From contig JBMYVL010000001.1 of the NCBI GenBank assembly GCA_049606355.1, forward strand, positions 196,871 to 228,870: DNA of 32,000 bases. The letters are read 5' to 3'. The stretch comes from Opitutales bacterium. Its GTDB lineage: Bacteria > Verrucomicrobiota > Verrucomicrobiia > Opitutales > Coraliomargaritaceae. The number at the start of each line of letters is the position of its first letter. Within the stretch, counting starts at the first letter, position 1. The notes beneath the pieces are model-generated. The model saw only the letters and a list, made by a program, of their open reading frames with translations, was not told the DNA's origin and made no database searches. This document shows positions 1-10,393 of this stretch, piece by piece. A program made the position numbers and the translations under genes.

Positions 1-714
1 GCCGTGCCTTCCGGCATTACCGAAGTGGAGCGACGCGCGGTTAAAGATTCGGCGATTCGGGCCGGGGCCCGCGATGTCGTTCTCATTGAAGAGCCAATGG
101 CTGCTGCCATTGGTGTCGGCTTACCCATCGATGAGCCCGCCGCTAACATGATTGTTGATATTGGTGGGGGCACCACTGAGGTCGCGATCATTTCCTTGGC
201 AGGTGTGGTCTATACGAAAAGTATTCGTGTCGGCGGTGACGAGATCGACAACGCAATCGTCAACTACATGAAGCGCGCCTACAATTTGATGATCGGTGAG
301 CGCACTGCGGAAGATATTAAGATTCGCGTAGGCTCTGCCTATAAACTCGAAGACGAAATTTCCATTGAGGTTCGCGGTCGCGACTCCGTTGCAGGGCTGC
401 CAAAGACGATCACGATCACTTCACAAGAGATTCGCGACGCACTCGCCGATACCATCGCTTCGATTGTCGATCTGGTGCGTAATGCACTCGAGCGCTGCCC
501 GCCGGAGCTCTCTGCCGATCTGGTCGATCGTGGCTTTGTGTTGGCTGGTGGTGGCGCCATGATCCGCGGCCTGGATCAACAACTCAGTGATGCGACTGGA
601 CTTCCGGTAGTGATCGCCGACGATCCACTCAGTGCGGTAGCCAACGGCACCGGCCTCGTCCTGCAAGAGCTGGCCTTTCTACTGAAAGACCTCACCGGGA
701 ACCCTAAAAACTAA
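1..714 (+). CDS. mreB: Rod shape-determining actin-like ATPase MreB, 5'-truncated by the window edge
   Basis: The reading frame is open from nt 1, so the GTG at 4 is internal. Translation carries MreB hallmarks: EEPMAAAIGVGLPI, DIGGGTTEVAIISL, VLAGGGAMIRGLD. Followed directly by mreC and mreD. Confidence 0.95.
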   Translation, partial: AVPSGITEVERRAVKDSAIRAGARDVVLIEEPMAAAIGVGLPIDEPAANMIVDIGGGTTEVAIISLAGVVYTKSIRVGGDEIDNAIVNYMKRAYNLMIGERTAEDIKIRVGSAYKLEDEISIEVRGRDSVAGLPKTITITSQEIRDALADTIASIVDLVRNALERCPPELSADLVDRGFVLAGGGAMIRGLDQQLSDATGLPVVIADDPLSAVANGTGLVLQELAFLLKDLTGNPKN

Positions 715-723
715 GTTTCGACG

Positions 724-1575
724 GTGGCGAAATTACGCCTCGATAAATTTAGGCCTCTGCTTGCGCTGGGCATCTTTCTACTCAGCTGGTGGGTGTTGCC
801 GTCCTTCATCAAATCCTTCCTGCGCACGAGCTTTGCCGAGTTCCAAGCACCGGCATGGGTCGCCAGCGCGCAACTCGATCGGCTGGAGGATTTTTGGGCG
901 CGACGCAGCCACTCTAAAATTGAATTGATTAATGCCGGGAAGGAGCTGGCGCGGCAAAAAGCGTATTATCAAGCGCTGGCTCAGCGCCATGAGGTACTCG
1001 AAGCCGAAATTGATCGCCTCGGCGCCATCCTAAGTCTGCCCACGCAGCGCGAATATCGCCATGAAGTGGCTCGTGTCATTCGTCGTGACCTCAGCGCATG
1101 GTGGCAACAGATGATTATTCGCAAAGGGCGCGATTATCAGATCCCGGAGGGCGCCGCAGTCATCTTTGCAGGGGGCGTAGTTGGGCGTGTCGCCGAAGTG
1201 CGTGCGTTTACCTCACGCATCGAACTGATCTCCAGCCCCAACTTCCGTATGGCTGCGACCTTTGAAAAGGATGCACGCCCCGTGGTGTATCAAGGTGTTG
1301 CGCAAAATGGCTTCGGTCCACCTCACGGTGAAGTCCGCGATGCCCCGCAGGATCTCCTCGCCAACTCACAGGCGCCGCTGAAATTAATTTCGACACGCCT
1401 CGGCGGCACCTTCCCCGCGGGATTAACCATCGGTACTGTCAATTGGCTGGAACCGGGCAGCAGCGGCATCTTTCAAACCGGCAAGGTGCACCTCGACAAA
1501 CGCCTACTCTCCTTGGAAGAGGTAACAGTATTAATCCCACTCAATCCCATAGACTACAGCCACGATGCTGATTGA
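724..1575 (+). CDS. mreC: Rod shape-determining protein MreC
   Basis: 283 aa from a GTG start. N-terminal membrane anchor (LLALGIFLLSWWVL), then a coiled-coil-like stretch (ELARQKAYYQALAQRHEVLEAEIDRL) and a beta-rich C-terminal domain (GGVVGRVAEV...). Canonical position between mreB and mreD. Confidence 0.85.
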   Translation: MAKLRLDKFRPLLALGIFLLSWWVLPSFIKSFLRTSFAEFQAPAWVASAQLDRLEDFWARRSHSKIELINAGKELARQKAYYQALAQRHEVLEAEIDRLGAILSLPTQREYRHEVARVIRRDLSAWWQQMIIRKGRDYQIPEGAAVIFAGGVVGRVAEVRAFTSRIELISSPNFRMAATFEKDARPVVYQGVAQNGFGPPHGEVRDAPQDLLANSQAPLKLISTRLGGTFPAGLTIGTVNWLEPGSSGIFQTGKVHLDKRLLSLEEVTVLIPLNPIDYSHDAD

Positions 1576-2095
1576 TCCGCGCTGCCTCATTTTAGTGGCT
1601 GCGAATGCACTGCTGCTGTACCTCACTCAGTTGGTGAACTCCAGCCTCGCGGCTTGGTCTCTGCATTTAGTGTTGCTTGGGCCGATGCTGATTCTGCCCT
1701 CACTCTACCTTAAATTCCGCGATGGTTTTCTCTGCTGCCTGCTAACCGGACTATGGGTGGATGCTGCGCTGCCGGTCCCCTATGGCCTCTTCACCGGCGG
1801 CAGCGTTGCCTTCGCGACCGGGCTATATGCGCTCCGCCACCGTTTTCGTGCCGAACATAATTACCACCCCAATCTTCTCTCCCACACGATCAACGCAGCC
1901 GCTTTGATGGCACTGACCGCCAGCTTGGATCATGGCGCCATCAGCACCATCGCGTATTGGCTACAGGTACTACTCACGGCGCTGCTCTCTCACCTGTGCT
2001 TACTCTTTATCAACCCGTGGTTTTTCAATCTCGAGCGCCTGCTCTTTCATCTGCTGCGAGTCGATACCGAACCTGAAGATCTGCCGATGCACTAG
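1565..2095 (+). CDS. mreD: Rod shape-determining protein MreD (polytopic membrane protein)
   Basis: 176 aa, strongly hydrophobic multi-TM protein. Its start overlaps the mreC end by 11 nt. Located between mreC and PBP2. The call rests mainly on position, size and hydrophobicity. Confidence 0.7.
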   Translation: MLIDPRCLILVAANALLLYLTQLVNSSLAAWSLHLVLLGPMLILPSLYLKFRDGFLCCLLTGLWVDAALPVPYGLFTGGSVAFATGLYALRHRFRAEHNYHPNLLSHTINAAALMALTASLDHGAISTIAYWLQVLLTALLSHLCLLFINPWFFNLERLLFHLLRVDTEPEDLPMH

Positions 2096-2097
2096 TC

Positions 2098-4056
2098 ATG
2101 AATTTATTCGATGTGCACAAGGGGGAGAACCCACGCTTACTGTTTTTTTTGTGGATTGTAATGGCTGCTTCCCTCGTGCTGACGGTTGGCCTCGGCTGGC
2201 AACAGTTGATCGCAAAGGCTGAATATGACGCCTTGGAGCGCCGCCAAACCGAGCGACGTGTGCTCAAGCCCGGCCCACGCGGCAATATATACGATCGTAA
2301 TGGGCGTTTGCTCGTCGGCAATCGCCCGCACTACTCCGCGGTGGTCTACCTCGATGACCTGAGGCCGGAATTTCGCAAAGAATACTCCACGATCATTCGT
2401 GCCGAACGCGAACGCCTGCGCAGCGCCTATGAGAAAACACCTGCCGACGAACGCCCCGCAGATCCGCCCTTGCCGAATTACAACCAATTGCAATGGACGG
2501 CGCGGCATAAGGTAATACTGCGCTACATCGCGCGCATCAATCAAATCACCGGTCGCCAAGACACGCTTTCCGAGAGCCAGTTGATGCGTCACTTCAACGA
2601 GCAGCTGCTTCTGCCTCTGCCACTCGCAGACGATCTGAGCCCAGATCAATATGCTCGACTGGTAGAGCAGGTTCATCCCGTAGAATCCCCCATCAAAATT
2701 CACACCGACTCGGCACGCTACTACCCTTACAATACACTCGCCGCACACCTTCTCGGCTACGTGCAGAGCAAGTTGCCGCCACCGGAAGAAATCCCTTCGG
2801 ATGGGATCAAGACCTTCACCTTTAAAAAGAAAGTCGGCAAGACCGGGCTTGAGCGCAGCTTCGACTCGCAGCTCTCCGGCACCACGGGAACCGAAATGTG
2901 GCGCGTCGACCCACTGGGCTTTCAAGACACCCGCCTGCAAATGCTCGCGCCGAAACAAGGACAGGATCTAATCACCAGTATCGATATCGACTTGCAAGCC
3001 GCCGCGGAAACCGCACTGGGCGATCGTACCGGCGCCGTCGTTGCGCTCGACATCCAAACCGGAGAAGTGCTGTCCATTGCAAGTCATCCAACTTATGATC
3101 CGAATGCGCTGAGCCCATTTATCCCGCGCACAACCTTTGAACGCATCAACGAAGCTGGCGCGTGGTTGAACCGTAGCCTCCAACTTTCCTACCCACCCGG
3201 CTCAACCTTTAAGCTGCTGTCTTCGATTGCGGGCATGCGCCACGGTTCAATCGCCAATGATACCACACACGACTGCCAAGGCGTCTATCGTGTCGGCGAC
3301 CGCGTCTTCCGTTGCCATGCACGCTATGGGCACGGCCTCGTCGATCAACCGAGCGCGATTGAAGGTAGCTGCAACGTGTTCTACTATGCGGAGGGGCTAC
3401 AAATGGGCATTGATGTGCTCAGCGCCGAAGCCAGGCGCTTCGGTCTGCATGAAAAAACCGGCATCGAGGTGCCGTACGAGACCAGTCGTCTCGTCGTGCC
3501 TACGAAACAATGGAAGCGCGAGCGGATCGGCGCAGGCTGGGTACCGGGCGACACTGCGAACACCGCAATCGGACAGGGCTTCCTACTCATGACGCCGCTG
3601 CGCATGGCGACCTTCATTGCCTCCATTGCCCGCGGGGAGACCCGTACCCGCCCCACGCTTGTCGCTTTATCTCGCGAAGATGGGATGCGAGTCGATCACG
3701 GCGGCGAAAGGATTGGATTAACGGTCGAGCAGCAACGGCAACTCTGGGAGGGAATGGAGCGTGTCGTCGGCCGTAACGGCACCGGTCGATTGGTACAGAT
3801 CGATAACTTTCGTATCGCAGGTAAAACCGGCACTGCCGACTTCCGCGCGCATGGCAAAGAAGTCAATCTCGCCTGGTTTATTGGCTTCGCCCCAGTGGAG
3901 GACCCGCAAATCGCGGTAGCGGTTATGGTCGAAGGCACCCAAGTATCCCATAGTTACCACGGCGGTTCGACTGCGGGACCCATCGCCAAAGATATTTTTC
4001 TAAAGTTTATTGAAACGAATCCTGAGCGAGCAGGATTCTCTGTCGCCAATGATTAG
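2098..4056 (+). CDS. mrdA: Penicillin-binding protein 2 (elongasome transpeptidase)
   Basis: 652 aa with an N-terminal TM helix. Transpeptidase motifs are present: SxxK (GSTFKLL), SxN (GSCNVFY), KTG (AGKTGTA). Lies immediately downstream of mreBCD. Confidence 0.93.
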   Translation: MNLFDVHKGENPRLLFFLWIVMAASLVLTVGLGWQQLIAKAEYDALERRQTERRVLKPGPRGNIYDRNGRLLVGNRPHYSAVVYLDDLRPEFRKEYSTIIRAERERLRSAYEKTPADERPADPPLPNYNQLQWTARHKVILRYIARINQITGRQDTLSESQLMRHFNEQLLLPLPLADDLSPDQYARLVEQVHPVESPIKIHTDSARYYPYNTLAAHLLGYVQSKLPPPEEIPSDGIKTFTFKKKVGKTGLERSFDSQLSGTTGTEMWRVDPLGFQDTRLQMLAPKQGQDLITSIDIDLQAAAETALGDRTGAVVALDIQTGEVLSIASHPTYDPNALSPFIPRTTFERINEAGAWLNRSLQLSYPPGSTFKLLSSIAGMRHGSIANDTTHDCQGVYRVGDRVFRCHARYGHGLVDQPSAIEGSCNVFYYAEGLQMGIDVLSAEARRFGLHEKTGIEVPYETSRLVVPTKQWKRERIGAGWVPGDTANTAIGQGFLLMTPLRMATFIASIARGETRTRPTLVALSREDGMRVDHGGERIGLTVEQQRQLWEGMERVVGRNGTGRLVQIDNFRIAGKTGTADFRAHGKEVNLAWFIGFAPVEDPQIAVAVMVEGTQVSHSYHGGSTAGPIAKDIFLKFIETNPERAGFSVAND

Positions 4057-4089
4057 GGCAGGCTGCGGCGCTAGCCCTCTCGCCCACGC

Positions 4090-4797
4090 TTAAAGGCCGC
4101 GGATGTCGGCATAGCTGCCGGATTCCAACTCGCGCAGACGAGGAAAGGCTTTTATCAATCCTTGCGCGCAATGATACCCGTCGGGCATCGCTGCCGTACC
4201 TTTGGCAGCCTTGAGTCGTTCCAGCGGTGGATAGCGCGCGTCCGCCGGCAAGGCAGTTAAGTAATCCTGCATCGCAGTATCAATCAGGCCTGGCGCCAAT
4301 GCGATAAAGTGGGTGTTCGCTTGCTCGCCCGCATAGAGCTTGATCAACATATTTAAGGCTGCTTTTGACAAGCTGTAGCCATTCCATCCGCGGCTACCCG
4401 ATTGCGAGGCGCCGGAAGAAATGGCGATTACTTGGTGAATTACGCGTGATTCTGCAAATAGAAGATCCAACAACCACTTGTTCGCGAATACGTTAATCTC
4501 CATGGTGTCGCGCAGATCCGCCAGTGGCGTATCCCGCATGTCACGAATCTGGCCGAGTTTGCCTGCATTGAGTAACACGACATCAAAGGCATCTACCTCG
4601 GCAATTAAGGCGGCTACCCGCGGTGCGCCGCTGCTCCCATCGCTTAGGTCCACCGATTGGTGCCGCAACCCCCGCTCGATCAGATCCTGTGGCACGCGCC
4701 GACTGATGCCATACACTTCCGCGCCTTGCTCCAGATAGACACTCGCTAGGCCATGGCCCAGCCCCGAACTCACTCCAGTAATCAATACTCTGCTCAT
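4090..4797 (-). CDS. Short-chain dehydrogenase/reductase (SDR) family oxidoreductase
   Basis: 235 aa. Cofactor motif TGxxxGxG (ITGVSSGLG) and catalytic YxxxK (YSLSKAA). Substrate not inferable from sequence. Confidence 0.85.
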   Translation of the reverse strand: MSRVLITGVSSGLGHGLASVYLEQGAEVYGISRRVPQDLIERGLRHQSVDLSDGSSGAPRVAALIAEVDAFDVVLLNAGKLGQIRDMRDTPLADLRDTMEINVFANKWLLDLLFAESRVIHQVIAISSGASQSGSRGWNGYSLSKAALNMLIKLYAGEQANTHFIALAPGLIDTAMQDYLTALPADARYPPLERLKAAKGTAAMPDGYHCAQGLIKAFPRLRELESGSYADIRGL

Positions 4798-4951
4798 GAG
4801 CCGACCTAGTTAGCGCGCTATCTGCAGAATGACAAACCCAACTCGCCGTACCGGTGGTAATCTCGTCACCATCCGTACTGCCTCGCGCTTGGCACTTGCG
4901 CAGTCGTCGCTTTCACTCTGAATTTGAGCGCTCGACTCAAGTCTACGCTCC

Positions 4952-5923
4952 ATGAACTCGACTGCATCCGCCAACGCAAGCACGGCACTCTATTTAGGGG
5001 TCGACGGTGGCGGCACACAAACGCGCGCTTGGCTGGCCGACGCCAGCGGCACTGTCCTCGGCCAAGGGCAAGGCGGAGTCGCCAACATCAATTATGCATC
5101 GAAGGACGCGGTGCGTGCGGCCATTCGCGACGCCTGCAGCAAAGCCTTTACGGCTGCGAACATTCAGCCGCAGCCAGTGAGGTCGGCATGGCTGGGGCTG
5201 GCTGGCATGGGTCGCCGCGCCGATCGACAATGGATGCAGAGGGACCTCTCCGACCTCGCGGGGAAGGTCACAGTCAGTGATGACCTACACATTGCTCACT
5301 GCGGTGGCTTCGCGGGGGCACCGGGCATTACGCTGGTCGCTGGTACCGGATCGGCGTGCTATGGGCGCAATGCTGCTGGGCAACACTGGCGCTGCGGTGG
5401 CTGGGGCGCACTGGCAGATGATGTAGGAAGTGCCAGCTGGCTCAGCCAGCGGGCAATCCAGATCGCGGTCCGGCAAGCGGACGGGCGGATTGAAGGCGAC
5501 GAGCTGCAAACGCTCGTCTTTTCATTCTTAAAGATCGAATGCCCCGAAGATCTGCCCCAGGCAGTCGATCGATTGAGTCGCGACCAGCGCGCTCGCCTCA
5601 GTCAGGAACTCAGCCCACTCTGCGCAAAAGGAAATGTCCTCGCCGACGCCCTTTATGCCGAAGCGGCCGATGCCCTTACAGAAATGATTGCCGCCACCGC
5701 ACGGCGCCTCGAGATGCCAAACCCACAGGTGATTCTATCCGGTGCTATGGCGTGTCGCGGCGGACCGCTCTACGATCGAATCGCCGCGGAGCTACGACAG
5801 GATCTGCCGACCGCACAATTAGTGGAGCCCCACTACAGCGCCTGTGCAGGTGCGCTGATCGAGGCCTTACGAATGGACCACGTCTGCCTCCATGAGGCCT
5901 TACTCAAGAACCTCGCCAAGTAA
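4952..5923 (+). CDS. BadF/BadG/BcrA/BcrD-type ATPase, N-acetylglucosamine-kinase-like
   Basis: 323 aa. N-terminal ASKHA phosphate-1 motif [14 protein letters not shown], later VAGTGS and GGWG motifs typical of the GlcNAc-kinase/BadF family. Confidence 0.8.
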   Translation: MNSTASANASTALYLGVDGGGTQTRAWLADASGTVLGQGQGGVANINYASKDAVRAAIRDACSKAFTAANIQPQPVRSAWLGLAGMGRRADRQWMQRDLSDLAGKVTVSDDLHIAHCGGFAGAPGITLVAGTGSACYGRNAAGQHWRCGGWGALADDVGSASWLSQRAIQIAVRQADGRIEGDELQTLVFSFLKIECPEDLPQAVDRLSRDQRARLSQELSPLCAKGNVLADALYAEAADALTEMIAATARRLEMPNPQVILSGAMACRGGPLYDRIAAELRQDLPTAQLVEPHYSACAGALIEALRMDHVCLHEALLKNLAK

Positions 5924-6404
5924 ACGCATGGCACAAGGCGACCGCTGCCGCATCGGAAGCATCATATTGTCGTCCTGCATCGAAGCCCGTTAAACTTAAC
6001 ACCGTGCGCGCGACCTGCTCTTTACTGGCACGCCCGGAGCCCACAACTGCCTGCTTGATGCGCAGTGGCGCGTATTCAAAGACCGGCAACCCACGCATGG
6101 CCGCCGCCGCAATCGCGGCCCCACGCGCTGCCCCTAAAATTTGCGCGGTTTGGAAGTTCTGCACGTAGATCGTCTCCTCAATCGCGACATGATCAATCGG
6201 ATGCTGGTTGATAAAGTCTTCCACTTGATGTCCAATCGCAGCCAAGCATTCGATCTGCGTGAGTGCGGGCTTTAATTTTAAGGTGCTGGCTTCCAGCACT
6301 CGAATGTCCTTGCCTGAACGATATTTCAGCACGGCAAATCCAGTACCACGTAAGCTCGGGTCAATTCCAAGAATCGTACCATTGAACGGGCTCGGGCTGT
6401 TCAT
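5904..6404 (-). CDS. ruvC: Crossover junction endodeoxyribonuclease RuvC
   Basis: [16 protein letters not shown] (catalytic Asp), VAIEETIY (Glu) and a C-terminal [13 protein letters not shown]. Start chosen at [17 protein letters not shown] (6404) to match the normal RuvC N-terminus. An upstream ATG at 6485 is possible. The 6554 ORF start is unlikely. Confidence 0.85.
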   Translation of the reverse strand: MNSPSPFNGTILGIDPSLRGTGFAVLKYRSGKDIRVLEASTLKLKPALTQIECLAAIGHQVEDFINQHPIDHVAIEETIYVQNFQTAQILGAARGAAIAAAAMRGLPVFEYAPLRIKQAVVGSGRASKEQVARTVLSLTGFDAGRQYDASDAAAVALCHAFTWRGS

Positions 6405-6597
6405 CTGCGCTTGACCCGCGGCACGCTTCGCAGTTCCACCGCGCTTGACATAGTCGGACCATAGCTGCCGAGAAGATTTCGCCATTCCGCTAGGTAAAAT
6501 TAGATTCTGCCTGCCGACGATCACAAAGATGTGCCCGTTTCGGGCCTGGCTCACACTTCGCTCTTCCCATCGGCATCACAAAGAGCAACATAGCTGC

Positions 6598-7347
6598 ATG
6601 CGGTGGAAATGTATCTGCGCCTACGATGGCACTGAATTTGATGGCTGGCAACGGCAGCGTTCTGGCGGCGCGATACAAAACGTACTCGAAGCCGCGCTCT
6701 CGCAGATTTTTGCCACCCCGATCAAGACGCATGGCAGCGGCCGTACGGATGCGGGGGTGCATGCACGCGGCCAATGCTTCCACTTTGATGCCGAATGGCC
6801 GCACGATTCGGGTAAACTACTGCGTGCCATGCATTCCATTCTACCCGCATCGATTCGAATCGAGCACGCCATACCGGTGGGGGCCGATTTTCACGCGCGA
6901 CACTCTGCGATCGGCAAGCGTTACACCTATCGGTATTATTTGGGCCGCGCCCACCCACTGGAGCAGCGCTACGTATGGGCCTGCCGGGCGACGCCGATTA
7001 ATTTTAGCGCCATGCAAGCGGCTGCGGCACGACTCGTCGGCACGCATGACTTTTCGGCCTATGGGGCAAGCCATGGTAAAGACAGTGACCCCAATCCGGT
7101 TAAAACGGTTCATCGCCTCGACCTTCGCAAAAAGGGGAAGCATCTTATTCTAACGACCGAAGGGAGCGGCTATCTCTACCGCATGGTGCGTAGTTTCGCC
7201 GGCGCACTTTACAGTGTCGGGCGCAATCGGCTTACCCCGGAGCAGATCACCGAAATCCTTGAATCCAAAACCCGTACGCACCGAATCGTCACTGCTCCGG
7301 GTACGGGCCTCTGCCTCGACCAAGTCTTTTACGAGACGACTCGATGA
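6598..7347 (+). CDS. truA: tRNA pseudouridine(38-40) synthase TruA
   Basis: [21 protein letters not shown]-terminus and catalytic [14 protein letters not shown]. Start taken at the ATG at 6598. The longer ORF from 6529 adds non-homologous residues. Confidence 0.92.
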   Translation: MRWKCICAYDGTEFDGWQRQRSGGAIQNVLEAALSQIFATPIKTHGSGRTDAGVHARGQCFHFDAEWPHDSGKLLRAMHSILPASIRIEHAIPVGADFHARHSAIGKRYTYRYYLGRAHPLEQRYVWACRATPINFSAMQAAAARLVGTHDFSAYGASHGKDSDPNPVKTVHRLDLRKKGKHLILTTEGSGYLYRMVRSFAGALYSVGRNRLTPEQITEILESKTRTHRIVTAPGTGLCLDQVFYETTR

Positions 7348-8072
7348 GGACGCAGCTTCGATCGATCCTCCATGCCGCTACCGATTTGGTCTTCCCGCGA
7401 AGCTGCGTGCATTGCGCTCAAGCCTGTAAGCATGCATACTACGATTTTCTATGCCAGCGCTGCGCCCGCGAATTGTTTTTTTCTGAGCCCCCTGCTTGTA
7501 CCACCTGCGGCTATCCGTTTTTAGGGCAACTGGCAGGACCAAAGACCTGCCCGCATTGCGTGGAATTGGCCCCGCTCTTCGATCAGGGAAAGACGCTTTT
7601 TTTGGCGAAGGGGCCGGCACGTAGCCTCTTGCATGAATTGAAATACCGCCATGGGTTTTACGTGTTACGCGATCTAGCTCAAATGGTTGAACGCACCAAC
7701 CATTACAAACGCTACTTACATGGAGCGACACTTATCCCCGTGCCCCTGCACCCAGTTAAAGCGCGCGAGCGAGGTTTCAATCAAAGTCAGCGCTTGGCTG
7801 CCATGCTCGCCAAAACCTGTGATGCCCAAGTCGCCGAACTGTTAATCCGCACACAATTTACACAAACCCAGACCCGCCTCGACCGAAACGCACGACAGCA
7901 AAACGTAAAAAATGCTTTTGCCATCGCTCCGAATGCCCATGTAATTGCGCAAACTAATTACATCCTCATCGACGACGTGTTCACTACCGGTTCGACCCTA
8001 AACGCTTGTGCTGCGGTGCTTCGCCAAGCCGGCGCGCAATCCATCAAGGTCGCCACCATTGGCCACGGTTAA
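7344..8072 (+). CDS. comF: ComF-family protein (phosphoribosyltransferase domain with N-terminal zinc ribbons)
   Basis: N-terminal CxxC pairs (CVHC...CQRC, CTTC...CPHC). C-terminal PRPP-binding loop [19 protein letters not shown] overlap with the truA stop. Confidence 0.85.
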   Translation: MRTQLRSILHAATDLVFPRSCVHCAQACKHAYYDFLCQRCARELFFSEPPACTTCGYPFLGQLAGPKTCPHCVELAPLFDQGKTLFLAKGPARSLLHELKYRHGFYVLRDLAQMVERTNHYKRYLHGATLIPVPLHPVKARERGFNQSQRLAAMLAKTCDAQVAELLIRTQFTQTQTRLDRNARQQNVKNAFAIAPNAHVIAQTNYILIDDVFTTGSTLNACAAVLRQAGAQSIKVATIGHG

Positions 8073-8117
8073 TTCACTTTCCATTTTTAACAGCTTCATC
8101 CCTTTCCACTTACGACC

Positions 8118-8975
8118 ATGGCACTCTTCGGCAAACCGCAGTATTCGACTGTTACAGTAAAGAAAAAGGATATTCCTAAAGATCTTTGGACCAAATGTCC
8201 GAAGACAGGCGAAATCATTTACAACCGGGTGCTGAAGGAAAACCTAATGGTTGTCCCGAATAGCGGCTACCACTTCCCGATCGACGCCCGCAGCCGCATT
8301 GCATCGCTACTCGATGAGGGCTCTTTTGAAGAAATGGACCAAGGAGTCGCTTCGCTGGATCCGCTCGAGTTTAATGCCACGGCATCCTACCAGGAAAAGC
8401 TCAAAGCCAACCAGGCAAAGACAAAGGAGACTGATTCGGTGATCAGCGGCATGGGCACCATGGATGGGATGCCGGTCAGTCTTGCAGTCATGGATTTTCG
8501 CTTCATGGCCGCCTCTCTGGGCTCTGCAGCCGGCGAAAAGATCACCCGCGCCATCGAGCGCGGCCTTGAAAAGCGCTGCCCGGTCATAGTCGTGTCTGCA
8601 TCTGGTGGGGCCCGCATGCAAGAGGGCATCTTAAGCCTGATGCAAATGGCCAAGACCAGCCAAGCCTTGGCACGACTGTCCGACGCTGGGCTACCTTATA
8701 TTTCAATCCTCACCAATCCGACCATGGCGGGAGTTATGGCGAGCTTCGCCTCCTTGGGTGATGTCATCATCGCCGAACCCGAAGCACTGATTGGCTTTGC
8801 CGGACCTCGGGTGATCAAAGAGACCACCCAGCAAGACCTACCGGATGGATTCCAGACCTCCGAATTTCTACTGGATCGGGGACTCATCGATCAAATTATT
8901 CCGCGCGGCGAAATGCGCGAGCGCCTGACAAATCTGCTCAAGGCTTTCAGTGCAAACACGAGCCAATCGGCCTAA
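8118..8975 (+). CDS. accD: Acetyl-CoA carboxylase carboxyltransferase beta subunit
   Basis: Collinear by eye with E. coli AccD: WTKC..., [42 protein letters not shown]. The N-terminal zinc-ribbon cysteines are mostly absent (see findings). Confidence 0.93.
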   Translation: MALFGKPQYSTVTVKKKDIPKDLWTKCPKTGEIIYNRVLKENLMVVPNSGYHFPIDARSRIASLLDEGSFEEMDQGVASLDPLEFNATASYQEKLKANQAKTKETDSVISGMGTMDGMPVSLAVMDFRFMAASLGSAAGEKITRAIERGLEKRCPVIVVSASGGARMQEGILSLMQMAKTSQALARLSDAGLPYISILTNPTMAGVMASFASLGDVIIAEPEALIGFAGPRVIKETTQQDLPDGFQTSEFLLDRGLIDQIIPRGEMRERLTNLLKAFSANTSQSA

Positions 8976-9069
8976 ACCCTTCGCGTGCTGGGCGCAACGC
9001 CACACAGTAGCTACGGAGCGAAGACAAAGCGTCCGCTCTACTGCGAGATGAAAGTCCTCGGGCATTAAC

Positions 9070-10338
9070 ATGGGGGCCGACCCACAGATCCTCGACTATC
9101 TGTATTCGCTGCGCAACCACGGATCAAATTATGGGATCGACCGCATGCGTGGTCTGATCGCTGCAGTCGGCGAGCCTCATAAAAACTTCCCCGTGATTCA
9201 TGTTGCGGGCACCAACGGCAAGGGATCGGTCTGTGCCATGCTGGAGAGCCTGTATCGATCAAATGGATACAAAACCGGCTTATTTACTTCGCCGCACCTA
9301 GTCCATCTTGGTGAACGCATACAAGTCGATCGGACGCCACTGAATGAGGAAGCCTTGCTGAAACAAGCCGAAGCGCTCCGTGTAATTGCCACTGCGCTCG
9401 GCAACCGCAACCCGGAGCTGAGCCCGAGTTTTTTTGAATTTGTCGCCGCCTTGGCCCTGCAGCATTTCGCGACATCGGAAGTTGATATCGCCTGTATCGA
9501 AACTGGCTTGGGTGGCCGTCTCGATGCGACCAACATCGTCGATCCAGAGCTCTCGATTATCACCACAATCAGCCTCGATCATACCGAGCTTCTGGGCGAT
9601 AGCATTGAAGCCATCGCAGTTGAAAAAGGTGGTATCATCAAGCCAGGCAAACCGGTTCTCCTCGGCAATGTCGTCCCGACCGCCGAGACGATTCTACGTG
9701 CACTGGCCGAAGAGCGCGGCAGCCCAGTCTATCATGTCGCGGAGCGCTTCCCCGATCCCAAGCAGCGACCAACCCCTAATTTAGCGGGCGATTGTCAGCG
9801 CTGGAATGCAGCTACGGCCATCTATGCGACTGAACTCCTGGCCGAGCGCTTCCCGATACAGTCAACCGCCAGCTTGCAACAAATCGATTGGCCCGGACGT
9901 TGGCAAACCATCGAGCTCGCAGACAAAACCTTGATCTTGGACGCTACGCACAATGCGGAAGGGTGCCAGCAACTGATTGAAAACCTAGAGCAACTGCCGT
10001 CGCCACCCATCATTGTGGCAGGCACCTTGGGTGAGGAGCGCGGGCGTAGTTTGATGCAAACCGTCGCCCCTTATGCGCATGAACTCTATCTAGTCGCACC
10101 GCAGCAAGAGCGCGCCGTAAGCCCAAAATTTTTACGCGGTTGCCTCCCAAAGGACCTGCACTACCCCATTCGCGAAGCACAACTCCCCGAGCTCTTCCCT
10201 GCCCCGCAACAGTGTGCGATCGGCGACCATGGTGCCACCATCGTGGTAACGGGTTCCCTCTACCTAATTGGCGAAATATTGGAACGGCTGGGCTACGGCA
10301 GTACCACTCGACTAGGTCACTTGCAGGATAAAATTTAA
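9070..10338 (+). CDS. folC: Bifunctional folylpolyglutamate synthase / dihydrofolate synthase
   Basis: Mur-ligase P-loop [11 protein letters not shown], then [12 protein letters not shown] and [12 protein letters not shown]. Downstream of accD, as in E. coli. Confidence 0.9.
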   Translation: MGADPQILDYLYSLRNHGSNYGIDRMRGLIAAVGEPHKNFPVIHVAGTNGKGSVCAMLESLYRSNGYKTGLFTSPHLVHLGERIQVDRTPLNEEALLKQAEALRVIATALGNRNPELSPSFFEFVAALALQHFATSEVDIACIETGLGGRLDATNIVDPELSIITTISLDHTELLGDSIEAIAVEKGGIIKPGKPVLLGNVVPTAETILRALAEERGSPVYHVAERFPDPKQRPTPNLAGDCQRWNAATAIYATELLAERFPIQSTASLQQIDWPGRWQTIELADKTLILDATHNAEGCQQLIENLEQLPSPPIIVAGTLGEERGRSLMQTVAPYAHELYLVAPQQERAVSPKFLRGCLPKDLHYPIREAQLPELFPAPQQCAIGDHGATIVVTGSLYLIGEILERLGYGSTTRLGHLQDKI

Positions 10339-10393
10339 TACGATTCGCTCAGGACTATTGCTTCAGGATCGGACGACGCCTTAATCTTCATTT

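Noticed and set aside
2143-2150. A T8 homopolymer in the 5' coding region of mrdA. T7 and A7 runs occur at about 7476, about 7590 and about 31295.
   Set aside because: It encodes an ordinary Phe-rich TM segment (LLFFLW). It is too short, and sits in too essential a gene, to argue for phase variation.
2137-2958. Long antisense ORFs inside well-supported genes: 273 aa opposite mrdA. Similarly 20327-20926 opposite purE/purK, 22952-23554 opposite trpE, and 28667-29612 opposite secA.
   Set aside because: Their translations are Arg/Gly/Ala-rich with no recognisable motifs. They sit opposite genes with strong family signatures. These are typical shadow ORFs of GC-rich DNA.
4055-4078. Possible bidirectional terminator hairpin (AGGGC...GCCCT) between the convergent mrdA and SDR genes. 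Similar short stems occur at 9013-9047 and 20273-20294.
   Set aside because: The stems are only 4-6 bp, with large loops and no flanking U-tracts. They are not distinguishable from chance.
5904-5923. A 20-nt overlap of the convergent 3' ends of the BadF-like gene and ruvC.
   Set aside because: Both ORFs are well supported up to their stop codons. Short convergent overlaps are common in compact genomes, and no extra signal is evident.
6407-6449. A 9-nt direct repeat GCGCTTGAC (6407-6415 and 6441-6449). The second copy contains TTGACA, upstream of truA.
   Set aside because: There is no matching -10 at proper spacing. The region may be ruvC coding sequence if the 6485 start is used. A 9-nt repeat is plausible by chance.
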